The notes below the pieces were generated by a model, which was not told the DNA's origin, did no database searches, and saw only the letters and a program-made list of their open reading frames with translations. The translations under genes and the position numbers were made by a program. 64,000 bases of DNA, taken from Octopus sinensis. Taxonomy: Eukaryota. Each line of letters opens with the position of its first letter. Position 1 is the stretch's first letter. Positions 13,783 to 27,092 of this stretch are shown here, in pieces. The stretch spans positions 13,144,001 through 13,208,000 of the forward strand of contig NC_043015.1 of assembly GCF_006345805.1 (NCBI RefSeq), in the 5' to 3' direction.

Positions 13783-16700
13783 ATGTATATACACTGTATC
13801 TGCTAATGTTTGTGTATGCATCACTATAAACACTTATGGGGTATGGAGTGGAGTTCTTCTCTGTGAATGTTTATAAATGGCCCTTTAGCATTTAAAAGGT
13901 CATATCCAACCAAAATATTTTGTTTTATGTTCAAACTGGCCAGATTCAATTTCTCATAACTTTTGCTTCATTGTCATTTTAAAAATAAGCACTCACATCA
14001 TTGAAACATCGAAGCTACGAAATTATGCATGATTTATTCAAAACAATATGAATAAATAAGCATTACATTTGACAGAGCAATCTGAATGCTAAAGGGTTAA
14101 ATATACAGATTACAGTTAGCAGTATGTAAGACATATTTTGAATACTCTGGTACCTGAGTGAGAAAAGGTATCACTACATATTCAGGTTGTGAGCTCAAAT
14201 CAACCACTTTTTGTGTGTATGTGAGCAAATGTGTATGTATGATAGTGTGTAACTATGGATACTTACACACACAAACACACACACATGCACATTCATTCAT
14301 TCACCATTCATTAAAGTTACTCATACTATGGAATATTTAGGTTTTTTTATTTGCCTGTGCTGTGTAACTTAATGAGATGGATTCTTTTATAAAATGTTGA
14401 CAACAGAAGTCAGTTGGAAAACAATATTTTTGATAATGCTCAAGGGAAAGAAGTATTTGAAATGTCATCTAGAGAACATTTTCATATTCCAAGTTCAACA
14501 TCCTTCCAGCTTCCCTATTCACTGAATAGATGAGTACAGCAAATAATAGCATAAACACATGCCATCATCTTAATGTAATGTGTTGATTGTTCAAATACTG
14601 TTTTATTATTTTGAGCCACATTGAAAATTTTGCATGCACTGGAGATAGATTAAAATGCAATATTTAGATATCATAATACACTAACTTCTAATTCCCGGTT
14701 TAGTTATTTGTAATTGTATATTATGCAATGTCTATAATTTGTTATAAATTTTAAATATTATCCATTAACGAATATTATTTTTAAATTATTGAATGCATCA
14801 AATTAATAAATAATATGGATATCTGAGTTTATATAGGAAGATGTGCTGGAAGGTTGTGGAAAGAGGAAGAATCTCTGAATGAGTGCTTGTTTCCATAGTA
14901 GCCTTTCACTATAGAGATGCATGAATTATGAGTTTTAAGAGTTAAAATACTTGTTGCATTAAAACTTGTCTTGCAAAATATTTAAACACTGACTTCAGAA
15001 GATGGTCCAGAGAGAGATCAAAAATAGATAAATATAAAAAATCCACCAGTTGAACAAGTAGTATACTGCTACACACAAAATGTGTTGAAGAGTGTGAATT
15101 GATTGCTGGGATACTGAAAGACTGGTGGTTGTCTAAAGTTTCATGACTTCTCTCCAATCTTCCTGACTTTTATCTTTCCTTAAAGACCAGATGGTTGTAA
15201 CTGTCGCAAGTTTTCTTCATTATAATAAAATTGCAATGAAAAGTAATGAATGTCAACATTTTTTTCTCAATTCTCATGCATTTTTCTGATTTTACATGCA
15301 CTTCCTAGCAGATCTTTTGCCATTTGCATGGACTAGTACATTTTTTTTCTTTTTTTTGTGTGAAAATTTTTAACTGGAGCCTTACTGAAATGGAAGTTTT
15401 ATTTATGGTTAGGCTGAATGACTGAAACAGTGTCACATATTTTGCCATTGACATGTAACTAATGCATTAGGAAGTCTTGAATCTGTGACAGTATGCCAGA
15501 CAATCCTCCGCGTTGTTTGCACACTTATTGCACTTTGACTAAAAGTTGTGTTCTTTATGCTTGTATCTGTTCATGATAATATTATGCCAATCATAAACAA
15601 CCTAATTACAAAACGATTCGTTACCCTTTGACTATCATAGCTTGATACTTTCAAAATCTCATCAGCTATCCATGATATCCTCACTGATTTCCTTGTCTTC
15701 ATTTACATAACAGCTTTATTAACTATAAGGAAGTTATGGCCTTTTTGTTGGTTTGGTTTAGTGTAATTCCCCACTATATCAGTCTAACCTTTATTCAGCA
15801 AGTTCTCATTGTAATATTTCCATACATCTTTCTTTTGACACTGATGGCAAGTGCACCAGTGTTTCAGATTTTTTGATACATACGGAAAATGCTTTCTACA
15901 TCAGAATGCTCTACACTTGCGGCTAGGTTTTGTGGCTGAAATTTTGCTTCTTGCTTTGTTTTTTGTTATTACTCTTTGCTATAATCAATACTTTCTTGTA
16001 ACTTAGCTCTTATAGCTCTCTCCATTGCACTATTTCCATTGCTGTGTCACCTGTTCACCTTCTCAGGACTGTACTGTATTCATAAAATTGCTCAGTGACT
16101 TTGAGCAGTTTGTGTTTTAGGAACAGCAAACTGTTTTCTTTGTTATAATTGTGTATTTTCTCATCTTTATTGATGCAGTTTGAAAGGATCTTTAAAGAAC
16201 TTCATTTTCTTGACTACTGCCTTTTTTTGTTTTGAATCTTTCTCTAAAGTACATTTCTTACCAGGGAAGCATTTAGTGTCAACAACTATCAAAAGGTTAC
16301 TGTTTTTAAGTGATAGGCGACCAGTTGGCTGGCTAGCTCTCTGAACATTTGTATTATAAATGCTCAGGTTATTTTCAGAAATACTGGGACCTTAGTCCCT
16401 CATTACTATTTTTAGTAATATTCTTATAACATTTAATATGGTGTGTACTGAATGACTAAATAACATCAGAGATTATAGTAGTATACCTGCATTTCAAAAA
16501 CCAATGAATTTTTGGGGTTTGTTGAATATCTAATAATTTTAAAATTTATAGCCATTTTTTTTTGTTTACCTCACATCATAACAAATTGCTTAAATTTCAA
16601 CCTATTGTAAATAATCAGCAACAATAGCAGTTTTGTATCCATTTTCCCCACAATAGCATAGGTTGGTTTAAGCCTGAAATTTGATACTTCATCCATTTAA

Positions 16701-18591
16701 CAGTAATCTGAAGTCTATTAAGTCTTCTTTGGTCTACTTCTATTGTAGATACCTTTTATTATCATTTTTCCATCCAGAACTCAGAAAATGGCTACAGCAA
16801 TGAAGGTGCCTTTTCTGCATTCATCTATCAATGCTTTTGATACTTTGTCATGTTCACAACTTACCTTGTAAATTATTATTGCCCAGAATCCCACCTAATT
16901 CATTCTCTGCCTTTTATACAATACTAGCTTAAAAGTTGCACTCTGTGCTGACTTTTAAGCTTGCTTTTGCAGAGGGCTAATTGAACCTGCAGCCCAAAAC
17001 TAAAGAGAGCTAAATAGCATGACTATAATGACTATATGCCCCAGTGATGTTTGGGTCAGAGGTCAAGGACAGATAAGAATTAATTCTGTAATGCAATCAG
17101 TCTTTTGTTCCAGTCCCAATTTGAATTCCAATTTGTCCCAAAGTTTTTATCTCAACGTAATATTAATGAAGTGAATGTCATTTATCTCTCCCTTGATCTC
17201 TGATGTCATCTAACAAATGCCAACCAAGATGGCTTGACAGCCAAGCTTTACCTGTTAGAAATAGCAACCCGAATGCTTTTAAATCAGATCTCAATGCTGG
17301 ATGTTCAAGAACCAAATGAAGGGCAGATTTTCAATTCTGGTATTCAAATTCCAAAAAGATATGTCTATGTAGAGCAAATGTAGACTGAGATACAGGGATC
17401 CCAGACAGACAGACAGAATTTCATATTTATTAATATAGATTTTTTTTTTCTGCATGCAGGGAAGACTGCTTTTATTTTCTAATATAGAAAATAGCTCTTG
17501 ATGCCTATTCTACTTTTGTTTATTCTAATTACCCACTTCTAGTACTAATTATGTTGATATAATTGAAGGAATTTTCTACTACAATGAGCTAAGTAATAGT
17601 TTGTATTGGTAAACATTTATGCAAAAGAAACGTAGAATTTTATAATTACAAAGCTTATAACAAAGGGAGAATTTTATAAAAGGCCAGTCCCACAACTATT
17701 TATAATATTAGAACAACTTTTCCATTTGAAGAAAGAACATGAATCCAACATCAAAAGGAAATAAAATTCCCATAATATGGATCTATTAGACTTCAGTAGC
17801 AGAAATGCCAAAGATATGGATTTTATTTCAAGAGCAAATAAAAAAATTAGTTTAATGAAAAAGTATCCATGTGGTCAAACTCAGTTATTGTTTGTGAAAT
17901 TGAAATTTTTGCCAACAGTTTGCAAGTCTTCATTTAGGTCTATTCTTTATCTATAAGTATGCCTAAACAAGTAGCTTGGGGTCTTCTAGATTTTGTTTGA
18001 AGCATGCTCTATTAATTCAAACTCTCTCTTTTATTCACCTGCTGGTTACTGAAATAGTTTTCCCAAATAAAATAAGGCTGTAATAGATACCCTATAATTA
18101 TTTTCAAGAAATGATTTCCTCTGATATCTTCATTTTGCTTCACTTTTTGTAATTCTTTCCCCTCTAATCTTTAGATTGGTTGTATTTGTAAATCTTTTTT
18201 TTTTTACTTTATATTGAAAATGCAAGTAATTATTTTGCAGGTCTGCTTGGTATGTTGAAGTATTGGCGGTTAGGGTTGGTTTTCACATGCCCACTTTAAC
18301 CCCTCAACAAGTGGATATGAGAAAAACACGTTGGATTGCTAACTTGGTAACTATTGTTTTAATATTATTTTGTTATTGAGTTGTTTTAAAAAGCAGATTA
18401 AGATTTAAGTCGGAATGTGTTCCTTGAGATTTTAACTGAATCTCATTTATTTTCATTTTTAGGGCAAAGTGATTGGCATTACAGTTGGATGCTTGATAGG
18501 AATGTTTCCTCTACTGTTCTTTAACTACGACAAGCATAATGAATCACAAGAAAGTCCAGCAGAACCTGCCGCTGATACAGAAAAGAGCTAG
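7216..18591 (+). CDS. TMEM65: TMEM65 (mitochondrial inner-membrane protein), 3' part of gene; join(7216..7283,13154..13251,18241..18346,18463..18591); 5' exons not found in window
   Basis: Spliced peptide VFIHNALPFVGFGFLDNVLMIVAGEYIDATFGSLLGISTMAAAGLGNMVSDVAGIGSAWYVEVLAVRVGFHMPTLTPQQVDMRKTRWIANLGKVIGITVGCLIGMFPLLFFNYDKHNESQESPAEPAADTEKS* carries the TMEM65 motifs PFxGFGFLDN, GISTMAAAGLGNxxSD and GCxxGMFPL. All introns are GT-AG with compatible phases (0, 2, 0). Confidence 0.95.
7810..9076 (+). mobile_element. RTE-clade LINE, 5'-truncated and decayed (RT C-terminal half with Cys-rich insert, 3' UTR, (GAT)n tail)
   Basis: WKQGLELKGLRVNIVKTKILV, VDSFHYLGDQVCSGGGC, HGSKTWVLT..DMHRLERNEASML motifs; ends GATGATGATGATGAT. 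Confidence 0.85.
9712..10070 (-). mobile_element. CORE-like SINE, decayed
   Basis: Reverse-complement similarity to 47207-47609 including the central (CA)n tract and the TTTTACTTGTTTCAGTCATT tail. Confidence 0.75.
10568..10812. repeat. ~245-bp fold-back palindrome (MITE-like) in a TMEM65 intron
   Basis: Arms 10568-10673 and 10707-10812 are reverse complements with few mismatches; inner stem CTGTTCA/TGAACAG. Confidence 0.85.
13154..13251 (+). CDS. TMEM65: TMEM65 internal exon (98 nt)
   Basis: tctttag|GGAGAATAT...GGAATTGG|gtaagc; encodes GEYIDATFGSLLGISTMAAAGLGNMVSDVAGI(G). Confidence 0.95.
13881..14096. mobile_element. piggyBac-like MITE
   Basis: CCCTTTAGCATT ... AATGCTAAAGGG|TTAA terminal inverted repeats. 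Confidence 0.7.
15190..16330 (-). mobile_element. Possible heavily decayed pogo/Tigger-like (CENP-B/DDE_1) transposase remnant
   Basis: Minus-strand fragments QFAVPKTQ (psq-HTH-like) and VVYDWHN (cf. LLxxDGH); many stops; boundaries approximate. Confidence 0.3.
16924..17439 (-). mobile_element. Non-autonomous Helitron-like element
   Basis: Minus strand: A|TCTATATTAATAAA...(TCTG)n at the 5' end; 3' end hairpin GCTTAAAAGT...ACTTTTAAGC then CTAG|T; inserted at A|T with no TSD. Confidence 0.75.
18241..18346 (+). CDS. TMEM65: TMEM65 internal exon (106 nt)
   Basis: ttttgcag|GTCTGCTTGG...AACTTG|gtaact; encodes SAWYVEVLAVRVGFHMPTLTPQQVDMRKTRWIANL. Confidence 0.93.
18463..18591 (+). CDS. TMEM65: TMEM65 last coding exon
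   Basis: catttttag|GGCAAAGTG...AGCTAG; encodes GKVIGITVGCLIGMFPLLFF...TEKS*; follows a 116-nt intron. Confidence 0.93.
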   Translation, partial: GKVIGITVGCLIGMFPLLFFNYDKHNESQESPAEPAADTEKS

Positions 18592-19615
18592 ATAGAGCAA
18601 GATGGTTAGAAAATTTTATCTCTGCTCAGCATTTATTTTTTATTGAGACAAACAACTTGTGAATTCTTGGGAATTTCTGAGGGAGGGGGAATATACAAGA
18701 AAAAAAAAACCCATAAAAATATTATTAAATAGAAAGAAAAGATACTTGTTTCTATTTTTTAATGATGAAGTGGCCTTTTGAGATGTTTGTGGAAAGTCAT
18801 AAAATTTTATTTAATGCCTAATGATTTTTAATTTATATACACCAATCTGTGTTTTGCCTCAGTAATTTTAAATACTCAGTTGCTTTTGGTGTGCATTATA
18901 AATTATACTTTATTTTAAAATATCTTGTTTTTACTAGATTTAAGAGATCTGAATTATAATTCTTTAAATTTGTTACATATTTTTTTCAATTTGACACTCT
19001 TTTAAATTTTAGCTTTGTTTAAATAATTTCTTACAATACTTTTGTTGTTATTTTATTACATTAGTATTGTTGGCATTATATTGTCTAATTTGTTTGTTTT
19101 TAGAATTCACACTGTTACGTTCTTATTGTAGTAAATTTTACTGTAAAAGAAAATCCAATTTCTAATTAAAGAAATGCTTTCCCTGCCACCCTAAAAATGT
19201 AATGTTGTGAGTGATGATCCAACCAGGTTGGATCGATTTCCCAAAAAATTTCTTATGCACATGTGTTACTTAAAAAATATCTACCAGTCTGTTTTTTCCT
19301 ATCTGTATGGTTATGTATGTGTGTGTATGCATGTGTAGACAATGAACAATATGAAAGGAAATGCATTACTGAAAGTATTTTTCTCTTTCATGAGATTCCT
19401 TACTGCTGGTGACATACAGTGATTTGTATAAAGTAACTATCTTTCCAAAATTTGAACTTCCTAAAACCACTCACAATTATTTTGCAAATCATTGCTATAA
19501 AGTTGACATTTTTTTTCATTAAGCAGTGTAATTGAACCTGCATTTGTACAGGTGTATGAGAAATTCAGAGTATTGATAGTGAAGCCTCTGCTTCAAAAAA
19601 ACAAAACAAAAAAAC

Positions 19616-20080
19616 TTCATGTTACGTCCGTTTTGCCATGATGGTATGGGTTGGATGGGTCCTCAGTCTTTTGTCTTCTAGCACAAACAGCAACAGATAA
19701 AACCACTGAGCCTTGTTGTTTTGTATGTCATATTTTTTGGCACGATTTTTATGGCTGGATTTCTTTCCTATCCCAAATCACTTTACAACATGAACGGGTG
19801 TATTTTATTGTGCCACTGGCACTGGAGGAGTTGTCTGTGGCAGGACTAAAGAGACCCTCTACCCTGTATCAGTTTTTATTCAGAATTATTATCTCTTAGA
19901 TGGGTTGCCTTCACTGTGGCTTGTGGAGTTCACATTTCTTTTTTTTATGGCATAGTTTTTATGGCTCAATTCCCTTCTTATTGCCAACCACTTTACTGAT
20001 GGTCTGGGTGCATTTTATTGTGCTGCCAGCACTAGAGGTTGTCTGCAGCAACACTAAGGAGTCCTCTCTAAACTGTATCA
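19616..20080 (-). mobile_element. Decayed RTE 3'-UTR fragments (same family as 7810-9076)
   Basis: ACGTCCGTTTTGCCATG..GGGTTGGATGG and repeated CATTTTATTGTGCC..GGCAC units; boundaries approximate. Confidence 0.55.
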
Positions 20081-20224
20081 ATTTTTATTCAGTTACTGCC
20101 CCCAAGATGGGTTTTCTTTGGTGCAGCTTGCAGATTCTGTATTGCCTCTATGCAATAGGGGTGGAACCTCTTATTGTATAATGTTGGGTTTGTTCAGACT
20201 CACACATACCCACATACTCAGCTT

Positions 20225-20258
<34 letters not shown>

Positions 20259-22096
20259 CACACAAGTACAAAACTTTCTCATCAGTTAATAATGCATTTA
20301 TTACAAAGATCCATTACAGCATGTTATAATGCTGAACAGGAAAAAAAGGAAAAGCAAGCTAAATAGTTGATCATGCTGTCATTTTCTTTACAATTCCACA
20401 AAATGTTAGATTAACTGTAGAAGCTTTATTACTAGCAAAATAAAAAACAAAAATTATCACAAACACCACACATGAAGTAAACTAAAAGCAATGAGGAATT
20501 AATGGTTAAACAGTTTTTAAATTTGGCAATGGTGATTTTATGAATTACATCATTCTCATAATCCCTTGCTGCCTGTTACAAAATGCAACAACAATGTGCC
20601 AATATCATTTTATTCAAAAGCTGAAAAAATTTTGAAATGTTAATGAACCAAGAAACATTCTAAGATAAATATAAAGGAAAAATAATGTAACATTAAAAAA
20701 ATATCTTCAGTATAAAAGATTAAACTTGAACACATTTGTGTCTTCAATATGTTTGAAGGAAAAGCTGTTCACATACACACACACTCTCTCTTTCTTTCTT
20801 TCTTTCTTTCTTTCTGTATCAGAGTAACCAACTGTTTCATTTAGATAAAGAGTGGTTGAAAGAACACAAGAAATACTATCAAACTGGTGAAAAGGGCTGT
20901 ACAATATAGATATCTTTGCACTTAATTTTTCTCTTAAGTCATCATTGTTAAATCTCCATTAGTGGACACTTCAATCATTTCAGTAAATAAATATAAAGTG
21001 CAAATTAACATTTTTATTAACAAGTTTTTTAAAAGAATTTTTATTTAAATTTATTCAATGTGAAACATTTCTTCCTTTTTATCAAATTCAATGTCCTTCA
21101 GTGCTTCTTTTTTTTGGAGCTTTTATTCCACCATATGATTTCAAAAAGTAAATCAAGAATGTACTCAAGATACACAGCATAGAAAGTCTTATTTATTTAT
21201 ACCTAATTCACTGCATTGTCAGTAAGATTAATGAGTGACTGTCTTTGCTACTCAAGCAGAACAAATACTGTATATGGTATAATTATTTGAAAGTATAGAT
21301 ATTTTTTTGTTCCTTTGATGTTTACATCTTTTATCCAGTTATATTGGTGAGATATGTATATCATCATCATTGTTTAATGCCTGCCTTCCATGTTGGCATG
21401 GGTGCGACATATACATATATACTAAATAAGAAGAAGACAAAGAAAATTCTTAAACACATCTTTAATGATTTGTTACAATTGTTTCTGTATCCACTCGATT
21501 TATGCAAAAACCCAAAGAGAAAATTTACGTAATGTTTGCAGCTTTAAAACTGTGTTAAAGAATTTTCTTTGTCTTCTTTTTATCTTTTGAATTATTTACT
21601 CTTCACCAAATTCACTTTATGGTATGATCGTTGTGAAACTTGGATTTTCTACTCCTGAGGAATTCTGGCATTGGCCTGAAACCCGACAATGTTGATAACC
21701 CAGTATTTGGGTCAAGTGCTTTTCTGGAAATACCCTAACTTTACACTCTACCAGGACCTTAGACTATGTATATATATGTATGTATATTATCCAATGACAT
21801 CCAACATGGTTTCCATCTACTAAATTCCATTACAGGGCATTGGTAAAGCTGTTTTGTGAAAGATACTTGCTCAAGATATCACATATTAAGACTGAAACGA
21901 GAACCATGTGATTGTAATGCCTGTGTCTTGATATTTTGTTTGTAAATAATTTATTAAAGAACAAAATATCTCACTTGTTAAGGTTTGTGAATACAAATGA
22001 AAACCATAAATGTGTAGTAGCAATGGATGGCCAAATTACAGAATTGGTGCATATTTTATATGTTGGAATTCCGTTGTGGTTGATTTTGGTTTTCAA

Positions 22097-22299
22097 GGTG
22101 GCAGAATTGTTAGCATGTTGGGCAAAATGTTTAGCCACATTTTGTCTGTCCTTGTGTTCTGAATTCAAATTCTGCCAAGGTCGACTCTGCTTTTCATCAT
22201 CTTGGGGTCGATAAAACAAGTACCAATTGAATACTGGAGTTGATCTAATTGATTTATCCCTCTCCTGAAAATGCTGGCCTTGTGCCAAAACTTGAAAGC
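22097..22299 (+). mobile_element. SINE, conserved body, tail type A
   Basis: GAATTCAAATTCTGCCAAGGTCGACTCTGC...CTGGCCTTGTGCCAAAACTTGAAA. Confidence 0.8.
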
Positions 22300-22424
22300 A
22301 TTCTTTCAAGATTAATAAGTACCAGTCTAGTACCATATAAATGACAGTAGCTTTGAAGTGGGTGATCCAGCTTATCAACATTAAATAGCTAAAATCGATA
22401 AAAGTGAAGATTTGATGACACTAT

Positions 22425-22640
22425 TGTGAAGTCATGTGGCCTAGTAGTTAGGTCATTGCATTCACAATTGCAAGATTCTATTTGATTCCTAGATCGGGTG
22501 GTGTGTTGTGTTCTTGAGTCCACTCAACTCTAAACGAGTTACCCTGTAATGGACTGGCATCCTGTTAAGAGGGAATGTTATGATTTTCATCCCTTATATG
22601 CTATGGAAACTGGGTAACCTGCCCTATGAGGCCCAGGACT
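22425..22640 (+). mobile_element. tRNA-derived SINE (third family), decayed
   Basis: Head GTGGCCTAGTAGTTAGG resembles 45263-45590; body CCCTGTAATGGACTGGCATCC. Confidence 0.5.
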
Positions 22641-24218
22641 CCAGACAGTAATATCCAGGTTGATGTGGTGAGACAGTCGGAGCTCTAGTCAATGAGCAAA
22701 CCAATAGTGTTAATAAACTGGTTTTGAACAGCATGATCAAACCTAGTTAACTCAATGGACTGATAACCACATCAATAATTATCAGTCATGGATCTGTGTT
22801 ACTGACTCTTCATTATATTTCTCATATCTGATTAATACAAAACTGTCTTTCTTTAGTCTATATTTTTGACTGATCACAATCTGCTAAATACTTGTTGGTT
22901 TCATTGAGCAAGTTATTACAAAATAATTATTTTGCTGCATGAAATAACAATATGATTCTCTTGTTGCAACATACTTCATGTCCCCTGTTTTGGCCTTTTT
23001 AAGATGCAAACCTTGAATCAATTCATGCATTTTGCTATATCATAAAAAAAAAAAACTTTGAATGTAGAAACCATCCATGCAATTCTTTGAGTTCTGTATT
23101 TACTTGTGGTTTTTCATTCACAGTATAAAAAATTTGATTTTTCACATACAGGCTTCATTCTATTATTCTGCATGTCACAGTTCTTAAGACATTGATCTAG
23201 GAGTCCTTGCTGATTTAACATAAATTGAAAGTACTCCAAGTGTTGCTTAGCTGCTTGTTACATATCTTTCATTCTGTTGCAATTTTTGTCATTCATGATG
23301 TCTCTTTGTGCAGGATATTTTATTACTCTAAGTATTGCAACTCTTTATTTATATTAGCTTGAAACTCTAATAATTGCTATTTTTCTTTGTCTTCCTTTGC
23401 ACTTCATTTCATTTGTTTCTTCAACTATTGCAAGCTTCCTTATGCTTCTTGCTTAAGGGAAATATGCCATTGGGAATCTTTAGCTTGTTGTGACCTTCTT
23501 AAAATTGATACACCATTCTGCTAACTTCTGAATTCAATCTTTTATACAACACCATCTGTTCTCAGTTCATTAAACTATAGAAACCTCTGACATATTGTAC
23601 TGCTCGACCATCAGGTATATGAAATTTTAGTCAGCACAGGGTTTCAACATCAGCCTTGTATGTTAGGCAACTCATCCTGTTTTACTTGTTACAACTGTTG
23701 ATATGATCATCCAATAATGATGATTTCTATTTTCCTGAAACAAACAGATAATCTGTTTGATCAGATTATCTATCCATTAGATCTCCATGTGTCTAGATTA
23801 ATGCATTTAATCTGATAATGAATGTTAGATTATGACAAAAAGCATAATATTTTTCTGTAATTTCACTAAACTTTGTGCCATTCCTTTTCTCATATCTACC
23901 ATTTCATGTTTAAATGGTTAACATTAGAAAAGACATCCATTACAAGAAACTTGATAAAAATAATTTGTCTGTAAAGAATATCATTTTAAAAAGAAATCTA
24001 ATTCATCCTACTAGCATAAAAAGTAAATAATCCAAAATGACATTTGTCATCTGTATCCATTATAGGATTCTTTAAACCCAGAATTTCATTGTCTACCATA
24101 TCCATTCTGTAAAGTTGAATATTTATCCTTCTTGAAGATGTATTCTGCCATTGAGATAAAACTTGTTTAGTAAATAATTAGATAATTAGCTCTTTGTATT
24201 AATTCATTTCTCTATTAA

Positions 24219-24390
24219 CTCTTTAACATTTAAACCTGCCATATTTGGCCTAAATATTCCACCTGATTTATGTTCAAGCTAGCTCGTTATTTCATCAAAA
24301 TCTTCAAGCCAGAAAATAATGCATGATTAATTCAAAACATTGTTAATAAATAAACATTACATTTGACAGAGTAATCTGAATGCTAAAGAG
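24219..24390. mobile_element. piggyBac-like MITE
   Basis: TTAA at 24215-24218 and 24391-24394; termini CTCTTTAACATT / AATGCTAAAGAG. Confidence 0.7.
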
Positions 24391-27003
24391 TTAAATTCTT
24401 ATTTAAATAGAATATACCGAAGTTAAAAACATGAGTTTTTTTTTTCTGTAAAAGAACATTAGAAGTAATAGATTTTGTTTTTATATTTAGATTGACAGAT
24501 TATCATCAGTAATATTAGTGAGAAAGAGGTAAGATCCAAAAAAGCCAAGTCCATGTTCTGGTTTTGATTATTGTGTGTATCTGTTAGACTTGGATTACTA
24601 ATGACCATGAGAAAGGCCTGTACCCATCTGAAATCTTATTTTCACCCTTAAACTTCTCTGCATGAAATAAATTTAATCATAAGAGGCATGATGTATTACA
24701 TTATGTAATAATAAATAATACTTGCATCTCACTGTTGAGCAAGAGTGTAACTTCATAGGAAATACAAATAGATACTAAAATATAAAACACTAACATTTGG
24801 TTCAACAACTTTTAAATATCCAAACATGCAAAAATAATGATAAATGGATGTAAATAGTTAACTAGCACTCTTTCCTACATTCACTATCTCTCTTAAAACT
24901 TTTGTTACCATATTTTTCTTGAAACACACTGTCTTTATTTCAATTAATAATGAAATAATTTTGAATAATAATAATAATAATAATAATGAAATAATAATGA
25001 AGAATTTTGTAAGAAAGCTTAGTCATTTTAAGCTGGTGTTAGGAATAGAAATTAACAAGAAATTTTGATTGAAGTTTTTAATTTAGATCATTCTAAAACA
25101 GGAAGTTTGTATCATAGAACCAGGTTTGGTCTCAGGCAGGTTGATATCAAAAGGGTTAAACACATACACACAGTCTCTCTCTCTCTCTTTCTCCAATGGG
25201 TTGTGTGTATCCTATTATATTTTGGGCTATGATATTTATCAAATATTTTAAAGTATCTGAATACTAATTACTTATGGCCTATATCCTATTATTTATCTGT
25301 TCCTGCTAAGATCTTTACATTATCAACAAAGGTAGCTTTCTTCTACATTTGCAATAATAGACTTTAAACTAGGAACCATATAAGTAGAGCTTGGTTTGCT
25401 TTTCAAATTGACTGAATTTACAAAGAAAATTATTTTGGGGTTTTCATATTAGGCAAATCATTAATCTTAGTTGCATTGATTTTTATCTTTAACAATGATA
25501 AAAATTCCCATAAAAACTGTTTTAACCGTGAAACTACAGTCTTAACAATAATCATAGTTTTAGTTACATATTTTGTACCAAAAGTAATTTGTTTTCTAAA
25601 ATTTATTTGAATAATAAAATTCAATTTACATGCCTTTAAAAAAAAAAAAAATATCAGCTATGATAATTCTTTAAAGTTAACTTTATATTGCTTAGATGTA
25701 AAACAAAAGGAGACAGCAAATTTTTATATACGTTGTTTTTGCTTTATTTAAGTGAAACTAAGCACTTGTCTGACACCAATTTAAATTTCTCTCTGTGCAT
25801 GTATTTTAGATATGAATAATAAAACTGTAACGATGCTTTTGAACATGAATTAATAATTGTATATATACTAGGACATTTGATACTAAAACATCTCGTAAAC
25901 ATTAATCTAAATTTGACCTGAAGTAAGAGTCTGTTAAAATGATTTTTCTGCAAATTTTATTGAGTTGTTACAATCACTGATTTAAAAAAATTATATTTGT
26001 GGTAAACAGTTGTTACATTTCGGTAGAAGAACAATGATAGAAAACTTTGTTTATTGAAACTGAAAAAGTATTTTTCATAATGTTATCTCTTTTGCTTTAA
26101 AAAAATATTGATATTTATTAGTTCTCTATAGTATTTACTGTAATAGTAAGCATTGGTGGACTGAGTTTCTAAAATAATTTTTTTTATCACAGTATAGCCA
26201 CTTCCTGCTTTAATAATTTTAAAAGGTATGATCTTCACACAATCTCATTTCATATCCCCAGGAAATCTGAAGTCTTGTGTCTGTTAATGTTAATATTTTT
26301 TCTAATTCTCTATCATAAAGTAATAAATTTATTTTCCTTAAATTCAAAGAAAATCATCTTAATCTTTAAGTATAATTATGGTTATTTCAAAACTTACTGA
26401 ATTTGAAACTTGAAATTAAAGATTAAGAATCTATTTGAAATATAATTAACTTTTTTTTTTTACTTGAAGGATTACATTTTTACTTTGTATGAAGAAACAG
26501 TTGGTATGGTACATTTTCATGTAGTGTATCTAGGACAAGTTAGCCTGAAAAATACTTCTATAGTCAGGGAAATAATTTCAGTTCTGCTTACAAAGCATAT
26601 CAATTGTATGTCATCATTTTTATGTTTGCTTTCTATGCTGCCATGGAGTGCAATGGTCTGCATCAATTCTCATTGTGAGCCATTGCTCTCACAGATTGGC
26701 CCTTATACCTTACATTTTAGTGTACAGGGAGAATTTATCTTGGCAGCAGCATTGGATTGTCAAGTCCTTGCAATTCAAGACTAAGGATCCATTCTACCAT
26801 ACTCTCTTTCTGCTTGTTTACTAATCACAATAATTGTACTGGGTGCATTTTATTGACAAGAGAGAAGTGAAGAAAACTCTTAAGCCTCCTCTCTCAGTTC
26901 ACTTGTCACATGGTCAACAGTGCACCTGGTACATTTTGGTCATGGCACCAGACCTTTTTATTCATTCAAGGTGATGTGAATAAAGAGGAGTAATAGAGTA
27001 ATA

Positions 27004-27008
<5 letters not shown>

Positions 27009-27088
<80 letters not shown>
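27009..27088. repeat. (GA)40 microsatellite
   Basis: Pure GA run. Confidence 0.95.
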
Positions 27089-27092
<4 letters not shown>

